Source: Alphaproteobacteria bacterium
Lineage (GTDB): Bacteria > Pseudomonadota > Alphaproteobacteria > UBA6615
NCBI GenBank assembly: GCA_022449545.1
Contig: JAKUPN010000006.1
Span: forward strand, 13 to 64,012
Direction of reading: 5' to 3'
DNA length: 64,000 bases
Shown: positions 57,920 to 64,000 of the stretch, piece by piece
Layout of the letters: every line of letters starts with the position of its first letter
Numbering within the stretch: position 1 is the stretch's first letter
Position numbers and translations under genes: made by a program
The notes under the pieces: generated by a model
Told to the model about the DNA's origin: nothing
Seen by the model: the letters and a program-made list of their open reading frames with translations, nothing else
Database searches by the model: none

Positions 57920-58672
57920 ATGGAAAAGACCAGAGAGAATAATAAAAAGAGTAAAACGAGTTGGGGAGAAAATATTCGTGTAATAATTTATGCTCTTTTA
58001 ATAGCGTTCTTTATTCGAACTATAGCCTACCAACCTTTTAATATTCCTTCTGGATCAATGATCCCGACCTTACTTGTTGGTGATTATTTATTTGTTTCAA
58101 AATATTCTTATGGTTATAGCCGATATTCTTTACCATTCGGAATAAAGTTATTTGATGGGAGATTGTTTTCTAATCAACCAGAACGCGGAGATGTAGCGGT
58201 TTTTCGTCAGCCACCTTCAAACAGAGATGATTTCATTAAACGAATTGTTGGATTGCCAGGAGATAAAATACAAATGATCGATGGCCTTCTATATATTAAT
58301 GGATCTCCGACTAAAAAGAAAAGAATTGAAGATTCTATATACATTGATTTCAGGGGACGTGAAATTAGTATTCCACAATATGAAGAAACATTAGAAAATG
58401 GTGTTAGTTATGTTGTTAGTGAATCGATGGGAAACAATGGAACAGTCGATAATACTCAAGAATTCTTAGTGCCGAAAAACCATTATTTTGCGATGGGAGA
58501 TAATCGTGACAATAGTAATGATAGTCGAAGTTGGCTTTATATACCTTCAGAGAACTTAGTTGGTCGAGCTGAAATAATCTTCTTTTCGACCGATGGATCG
58601 TCGGGATGGCTAAAACCTTGGTTATGGTTTGATTCAACACGATTTAAACGAATTTTTAATTCAATAGATTAG
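57920..58672 (+). CDS. lepB: signal peptidase I
   Basis: 250 aa. TM helix, catalytic IPSGSMIPTL (Ser) and KRIVGLPGD (Lys) boxes, and GDNRDNSNDSR. Confidence 0.9.
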   Translation: MEKTRENNKKSKTSWGENIRVIIYALLIAFFIRTIAYQPFNIPSGSMIPTLLVGDYLFVSKYSYGYSRYSLPFGIKLFDGRLFSNQPERGDVAVFRQPPSNRDDFIKRIVGLPGDKIQMIDGLLYINGSPTKKKRIEDSIYIDFRGREISIPQYEETLENGVSYVVSESMGNNGTVDNTQEFLVPKNHYFAMGDNRDNSNDSRSWLYIPSENLVGRAEIIFFSTDGSSGWLKPWLWFDSTRFKRIFNSID

Positions 58673-58675
58673 GCT

Positions 58676-59341
58676 ATGAACCAGAATTTATACAACGACT
58701 TCATGGAATTCATAATAGAGTATAGGTTCAATGATGTAAAACTTTTGAATCAGGCAATGCAACATGTTAGCACAGGTGTAATAAATAATGAGCGATTAGA
58801 GTTTTTGGGTGATAGGATACTTGGTTTAGTTATAGCTGAGCTCCTTCTCGAGAAGTTTCCTCATGAAAATGAAGGTGATATTGGAAAACGCTATGCAAGT
58901 CTTGTGCAGCGCGAAACACTTGCCTTGATAGGTAACCATCTTGATTTGAAGAAGTACCTTCATGCTATTGGAACAGAAGTCAATGACAGCATTGTGGGGG
59001 ATGCAACAGAAGCTTTGATTGCGGCTATTTATTTGGATGGTGGATATTCTGTCTCGGCTGATTTTATAAAGAAATTCTGGAATCCTTTGATTAAGTTAGC
59101 AGATATGCCCCCACAAGATTCAAAAACTAGACTACAAGAAATGAGTCAATCACTGGGGTTGGGACTACCAATCTATCGAAATGTGTCTAGAGATGGACCT
59201 GATCATAATCCTATATTTCAGGTTGAAGTTTCAGTAGTAAAATTAGGAAAATTTGTTGGCAGAGGAAGTAGTAAGAAAGTTGCAGAACAAGAGGCAGCTA
59301 GACAATTGTTACAAAAGGTAAAAAGTAAAAGTGATACCTGA
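58676..59341 (+). CDS. rnc: ribonuclease III
   Basis: 221 aa. RNase III signature ERLEFLGDRILG plus a C-terminal dsRBD. Its end overlaps the era start. Confidence 0.95.
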   Translation: MNQNLYNDFMEFIIEYRFNDVKLLNQAMQHVSTGVINNERLEFLGDRILGLVIAELLLEKFPHENEGDIGKRYASLVQRETLALIGNHLDLKKYLHAIGTEVNDSIVGDATEALIAAIYLDGGYSVSADFIKKFWNPLIKLADMPPQDSKTRLQEMSQSLGLGLPIYRNVSRDGPDHNPIFQVEVSVVKLGKFVGRGSSKKVAEQEAARQLLQKVKSKSDT

Positions 59342-60233
59342 TAATACTAAATGTGGGTTAGTTTCTATTGTTGGATTACCTAACGCTGGTAAATCCACTC
59401 TTTTGAATAACTTTGTTGGTGAAAAAATATCTATTGTTACTCATAAGGTTCAAACCACACGTTCACGTGTTCGGGGGGTGTCCATGGTTGGTGACACGCA
59501 GATTGTTTACATCGATACACCGGGAATTTTTAAAGCAAAAAGACGATTAGAAAGGTCTATGGTAGATGCTGCTTGGTCTAGTGTTAAAGATTCAGATGTT
59601 GTTGTAATTGTTATAGACGCATATAGAGGGGTGGACGATAAAGTAAAAAGATTATTACTGGAGGTAAATGAGCGTAATTGTAAAACTATATTAGCACTCA
59701 ATAAAGTCGATAAAGTAAAACGTGAATTGCTACTTTCGTTAACAGCTGAACTAAGTAGTATTTCTGAGTATGGAGAGGTGTTTATGGTGTCAGCCTCCAA
59801 AGGGGATGGAATAGAAGATTTACAAGATTATATAGCGACACTTATGCTTCCGGGCCCCTGGTTATATCCTAGAGATCAGTTGTCTGATCTTCCCGAGAGA
59901 CTCATCGCTTCTGAAACTACTAGAGAAAAAGCATATTTATTCTTACATCAAGAACTACCCTATTCGCTCTCGGTTTTTACCGAAGAGTGGAAGGTGTTAA
60001 GAGATACGAGTATACGTTTGAGACAAGTTATATATGTAGAAAGAGATACACAAAAAGCGATTGTTTTAGGAAAATCTGGCCAAACAATTAAAAAAATACG
60101 GATCTCCTCTCAGAAAGAAATGAGTAATCTATTTGAAACATTTGTTCATCTATTTATTGAAGTTAAAGTCCGAAGGAATTGGGTCGATGATCCAAAGAGT
60201 TATGATGAATGGGGTTTAAAATATGATATTTGA
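59331..60233 (+). CDS. era: GTPase Era
   Basis: 300 aa. G1 GLPNAGKST, G3 DTPG, G4 NKVD, and a C-terminal KH domain. Confidence 0.95.
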   Translation: MIPDNTKCGLVSIVGLPNAGKSTLLNNFVGEKISIVTHKVQTTRSRVRGVSMVGDTQIVYIDTPGIFKAKRRLERSMVDAAWSSVKDSDVVVIVIDAYRGVDDKVKRLLLEVNERNCKTILALNKVDKVKRELLLSLTAELSSISEYGEVFMVSASKGDGIEDLQDYIATLMLPGPWLYPRDQLSDLPERLIASETTREKAYLFLHQELPYSLSVFTEEWKVLRDTSIRLRQVIYVERDTQKAIVLGKSGQTIKKIRISSQKEMSNLFETFVHLFIEVKVRRNWVDDPKSYDEWGLKYDI

Positions 60234-60260
60234 ACGACCCACTAAAGTTGGATTAGCTAA

Positions 60261-61001
60261 ATGGAATGGACCGACGATGCGATCATAATTGGTTCTAGAA
60301 GACATGGAGAAAAATCTTCAATAATCCAGATGTTAACGAAGAATCACGGGAAACACGCAGGGTTGTTGTCTGGTGGTAGTACTTCTTCTAAAAGGCATCT
60401 TGTAGAACCAGGTAATTACGTAAGTGCCAATTGGCGTGGAAGGTTACCCGAGCATCTTGGCAGAGTTAATTTAGAGCTAGAGCGATCGTTTGGGGCTGTC
60501 ATCTTTGATGAGCCAAAAAAGCTAGCTGCATTAAACTCTATTTGCGAGATTATATTATTAGTATTACCTGAAAGAGAATCACATAATGAAATATTTACAG
60601 CTACACTCTTTCTTTTACAAAATATGGTAAATGAACATGATGATATCTGGTTAGCCCTTTATGTTAGATGGGAGTTGGGCTTGTTGGGTGCATTAGGATT
60701 TGGGTTACAGTTATCTAAATGTGCAGTTACGGGAGAAACAAGTGATTTAGCATATGTTAGCCCTAAAACTGGCCGAGCTGTGTCTATGGAGGTCGGATTA
60801 CCTTACAAACAACAATTATTTGTGTTGCCTAATTTTTTATCTAATAGAGAGCACACTACGAGTAGTGCGAGTAGTGAGGACATAATCAATGGTGTCAAAT
60901 TGACGGGCTATTTTTTAGAAAAATTCGTATTTGCATCTTTTAATAAGACTCTTCCTCCAATGCGAAATAGGTTTAGTGATCTAGTCAATAAAGAAATTTA
61001 A
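60261..61001 (+). CDS. recO: DNA repair protein RecO
   Basis: 246 aa. The N-terminal OB-fold start MEWTDDAIIIGSRRHGEKSSII is typical of RecO. The position after era is conserved. Confidence 0.8.
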   Translation: MEWTDDAIIIGSRRHGEKSSIIQMLTKNHGKHAGLLSGGSTSSKRHLVEPGNYVSANWRGRLPEHLGRVNLELERSFGAVIFDEPKKLAALNSICEIILLVLPERESHNEIFTATLFLLQNMVNEHDDIWLALYVRWELGLLGALGFGLQLSKCAVTGETSDLAYVSPKTGRAVSMEVGLPYKQQLFVLPNFLSNREHTTSSASSEDIINGVKLTGYFLEKFVFASFNKTLPPMRNRFSDLVNKEI

Positions 61002-61080
61002 TAAAAAACTAGTATAGCAAAAATCAACAAGTTGATTTAAAACACCTATGCAATACTAGATATAGGGCAGTATTTATAAA

Positions 61081-63306
61081 ATGTCATTAAATGGCGGTAA
61101 TGGAAATATTCGTGAAGAAAGTTTTAAAGATGCTCTTAGTGAGAGATATCTAAACTATGCCGTCTCTACTATTATGTCGCGTTCTTTACCAGATGTTCGA
61201 GACGGGTTAAAACCCGTCCATAGAAGGCTCTTATACGCAATGCTGCAGTTACGTTTAAATCCAGAACAAGGATTTAAAAAGTGTGCTCGAATAGTTGGTG
61301 ATGTGATGGGTAAGTATCATCCTCATGGAGATCAAGCTATTTATGATGCATTGGTCAGATTGGCACAACAATTTTCTGTTAGGTATCCATTAATTGATGG
61401 TCAAGGAAATTTTGGAAATATAGACGGCGATAATGCTGCGGCAATGAGGTATACAGAATCCCGATTAACTGAAACTGCTATATCATTGCTTGATGGTATA
61501 GACCAGGATTCTGTTGATTTTCGAGGTACTTATGATGGTGACGGTTCGGAGCCAGTAGTTTTACCGGCCAATTTTCCAAATTTATTGGCTAATGGTGCTA
61601 GTGGTATTGCTGTTGGCATGGCATCAAGCATACCACCACATAATGTTAATGAAATTTATGATGCAGCTTTGCATCTTTTGAAAACTCCTAATGCAACAAT
61701 TTCTAAATTAGTTAGTTTTATTTCTGGACCAGATTTTCCTACAGGTGGAGTTTTGGTTGAAGAAAAGAAGGCAGTGGTTGAAGCTTATAGTCAAGGGAAA
61801 GGAAGTTTTCGTATTCGTTCGAAATGGGAAGTTGAAAATCTTGCCCATGGACAATATCAAGTAATCATAACTGAGATACCTTACTTGGTTCAAAAGTCTC
61901 GACTAATTGAAAAAATAGCTGATCTTTTACAACAAAAGAAATTGATTCTGTTATCAGATATAAGAGATGAGTCTGCTGATGACATCCGACTTGTGCTGGA
62001 ACCAAAAAATAGAAACGTTGATCCCGAGGTTCTTATGGAGAGTTTGTTTCGTGCAACTGATTTGGAATCACGGTTTAGCTTAAACATGAACGTTATTGAT
62101 TCAAATCAGAATCCTCGAGTTATGTCGTTGAGAGAAGTACTTCAGGCATTTATTGATCACCGACATCAAATACTTATAAGAAGTAGTAAATATAAACTTA
62201 ATAATATAATACGGCGTTTAGAGATTCTAAATGGTTATATGATTGTTTATTTACATCTGAATCAAATAATACAGATTATAAGAGAGGAAGAAGATCCAAA
62301 ATCAGTATTTAAAATTAAATGGGGTTTGAGTGACGCTCAATCTGATGCAATTTTAAACATGAGATTACGATCCCTTCGTCGTCTTGAAGAAATTTCGATT
62401 AAAAAAGAGATAACGAATCTAAACTCCGAAAAAAAGTTAATCAAACAATTATTAGATAATAAGAAAAAGCGTTTAGAACGAATAAGTGATGAATTTAAAA
62501 CGGTAAAAAAACAGTATAATGATAAGACGCTTATCGGAAAAAGGAGGACTATAATTGGCCTCCCCCCCAAAGAGATGGACATGTCTGCTGAGTTTGTAGT
62601 CGAAAAAGAAGAGGTCACGGTTGTCTGTTCGCAGAAAGGTTGGGTCCGTACAATTAAGGGACATGGATTAAAAAATAATGAATTAAAATATAAAGAAGGA
62701 GACAAAGAAAGATTCATTATTAAGGCGCTAACTACAGACAAATTAATCTTATTTGTTAGTGATGGTAGATTTTTTACATTGGGAGTAAATAATTTACCTG
62801 GTGGTAGAGGGCATGGAGAGCCAATTAGTCTTATGATTGATCTTGGAAATGATAGCGAAATAGTTAATGTTTTAACGCATGATCCAAACAGAAAACTCAT
62901 TATTTCCTCTGATAATGGGAGGGGTTTTATAGTTCCAGAAAAGGATGTTGTTGCTATGACAAAAGCTGGAAAAAAAGTCTTATTTTTGGATGAAGGCGCG
63001 GAATCCAGTATATGTACTCCTATTAACGGTGATCATATAGCTTTAATTGGAACGAACAGGAAGTTGCTAATTTTTCCCATCAGTGAGTTGCCTACTATGT
63101 CTAAAGGAAAGGGAGTAAGGCTGCAGAATTATACAAACAGCGCGTTGGGTGATTTAACGACTTTTTTTCTGGAACAAGGGTTAATGGTTCGAACAGGAAA
63201 CCGAAATAGAACTTTCAGTTCAAAAGAAATCGTTCAGTGGTGTGGTAAAAGGGCACAAACCGGAAAGTTACCTCCTGCAGGTTTTCCTCGCTCTAATGTT
63301 TTTTAG
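61081..63306 (+). CDS. parC: DNA topoisomerase IV subunit A
   Basis: 741 aa. GyrA/ParC N-terminus ([27 protein letters not shown], active-site AAMRYTE). It is shorter than GyrA, lacks the GyrA-box, and follows recO. Confidence 0.85.
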   Translation: MSLNGGNGNIREESFKDALSERYLNYAVSTIMSRSLPDVRDGLKPVHRRLLYAMLQLRLNPEQGFKKCARIVGDVMGKYHPHGDQAIYDALVRLAQQFSVRYPLIDGQGNFGNIDGDNAAAMRYTESRLTETAISLLDGIDQDSVDFRGTYDGDGSEPVVLPANFPNLLANGASGIAVGMASSIPPHNVNEIYDAALHLLKTPNATISKLVSFISGPDFPTGGVLVEEKKAVVEAYSQGKGSFRIRSKWEVENLAHGQYQVIITEIPYLVQKSRLIEKIADLLQQKKLILLSDIRDESADDIRLVLEPKNRNVDPEVLMESLFRATDLESRFSLNMNVIDSNQNPRVMSLREVLQAFIDHRHQILIRSSKYKLNNIIRRLEILNGYMIVYLHLNQIIQIIREEEDPKSVFKIKWGLSDAQSDAILNMRLRSLRRLEEISIKKEITNLNSEKKLIKQLLDNKKKRLERISDEFKTVKKQYNDKTLIGKRRTIIGLPPKEMDMSAEFVVEKEEVTVVCSQKGWVRTIKGHGLKNNELKYKEGDKERFIIKALTTDKLILFVSDGRFFTLGVNNLPGGRGHGEPISLMIDLGNDSEIVNVLTHDPNRKLIISSDNGRGFIVPEKDVVAMTKAGKKVLFLDEGAESSICTPINGDHIALIGTNRKLLIFPISELPTMSKGKGVRLQNYTNSALGDLTTFFLEQGLMVRTGNRNRTFSSKEIVQWCGKRAQTGKLPPAGFPRSNVF

Positions 63307-63378
63307 AACGATTAACTTAAAAAGTTACTAATTAAAGGTTTTGTGAAATTTTGGATTATTTAGGAAGGATATAAAAAT

Positions 63379-63993
63379 ATGAACAAAACAGTAGCCCTGC
63401 AATCTACTATTGCTAGCTTAATTTGGCCAAACAGAAGTTCATCATTAGATATGCGTATTATACGGGGTGTTATACTAGCGATAATTGGAAGTTTTGTTGT
63501 TGCGGCCCTTGCTCAGATATCAGTCCCACTTTGGCCTGTGCCCATTACTGGACAAACTTTTGGTGTTTTAATCGTTGGGATGGCATTAGGTAGTAAACTT
63601 GGTATGTTATCGCTCACTCTTTATATGTTAGAAGGTATCTGCGGCTTACCCGTCTTCGCTAACTTTAGTTCTGGTCCTGGAGTTATAGTAGGGCCTACTG
63701 GTGGCTATATAATTGGCTTCATATTTGCCGCTGGAGCAATAGGCTATTTGGCAGAGAGAAAATGGGATCGTTCAATATTGTCTACTGCATTGGCAATGCT
63801 TATTGGAAATATAATACTTTATATCCCTGGATTAATATGGCTTGGTTTATTCTTTGCAGGACTTGGAAAACCAGATCCACTTGAGGCTTCAATTGTTGCT
63901 GGTTTATTTCCATTTCTTATAGGTGATGTATTAAAGCTGGCGTTGGCTGCATTGTTATTCCCAACAGCATGGAGGTATATTCTGACTAAGTAA
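63379..63993 (+). CDS. bioY: biotin transporter BioY (ECF-type S component)
   Basis: 204 aa polytopic. AQISVPLWPVPITGQTFGVLIVG is the BioY signature. Confidence 0.85.
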   Translation: MNKTVALQSTIASLIWPNRSSSLDMRIIRGVILAIIGSFVVAALAQISVPLWPVPITGQTFGVLIVGMALGSKLGMLSLTLYMLEGICGLPVFANFSSGPGVIVGPTGGYIIGFIFAAGAIGYLAERKWDRSILSTALAMLIGNIILYIPGLIWLGLFFAGLGKPDPLEASIVAGLFPFLIGDVLKLALAALLFPTAWRYILTK

Positions 63994-64000
63994 CATTAAA

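Noticed and set aside
1-64000. CRISPR arrays, IS elements/transposases, integrases, prophage genes, rRNA or tRNA genes
   Set aside because: I scanned the intergenic regions and ORF translations and found none of the following: regularly spaced direct repeats, DDE/tyrosine-recombinase-like proteins, tRNA-like GC-rich cloverleaf segments (GTTCGAATC-type T-loops occur only inside CDSs).

Overview
This is a 64 kb chromosomal segment that looks like an AT-rich Alphaproteobacterium, by eye about 35-40 % GC. Support for the lineage is the conserved block rpoZ-spoT-pdxJ-acpS-lepB-rnc-era-recO-parC, the dapA-smpB pair, and an NDUFA12-like / MCE / DUF2155-like cluster. Coding density is high, with about 70 genes. 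I found no rRNA, tRNA, CRISPR array, transposase or integrase.

Main gene content:
- **Housekeeping:** glnS, dapA, smpB, clpS, clpA, accB, accC, aroQ, folK, rpoZ, a bifunctional (p)ppGpp synthetase/hydrolase, pdxJ, acpS, lepB, rnc, era, recO, parC, bioY, and a large B12-dependent class II ribonucleotide reductase (nrdJ).
- **Leucine/isovalerate catabolism (liu):** ivd, the mccB/mccA carboxylase subunits, methylglutaconyl-CoA hydratase and HMG-CoA lyase, with several extra genes embedded.
- **Tripartite tricarboxylate transporter:** a tctC-tctB-tctA operon with a GlcG-like gene upstream and a Gfo/Idh/MocA oxidoreductase downstream.
- **UDP-sugar block:** galU, ugd and a phosphoglucomutase/phosphomannomutase.
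- **Accessory-looking stretch at the 5' end:** a TPP-enzyme fragment, an FMN reductase, an extradiol-dioxygenase-like VOC protein and a flavin-reductase-like protein.

The most interesting item sits next to that stretch: a compact three-gene, cobalt-type (VCTLCSCY) nitrile-hydratase-family operon at 4565-5849. Its beta subunit is naturally split into two translationally coupled genes, the same architecture as thiocyanate hydrolase and toyocamycin nitrile hydratase. The alpha subunit carries a His-rich N-terminal extension, and no activator gene is linked.

Other things worth a second look:
- An orphan transcription unit at 34.9-35.3 kb with a 14-nt perfect Shine-Dalgarno, a 28-codon ORF, a distal anti-SD complement and a strong terminator.
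- A D-Ala-D-Ala carboxypeptidase/SPOR gene whose signal-peptide exon has no canonical start codon.
- An NrdR-box-like palindrome in the long nrdJ leader.
- Two tandem, translationally coupled MlaD/MCE paralogs.
- Two convergent gene pairs with overlapping 3' coding ends.
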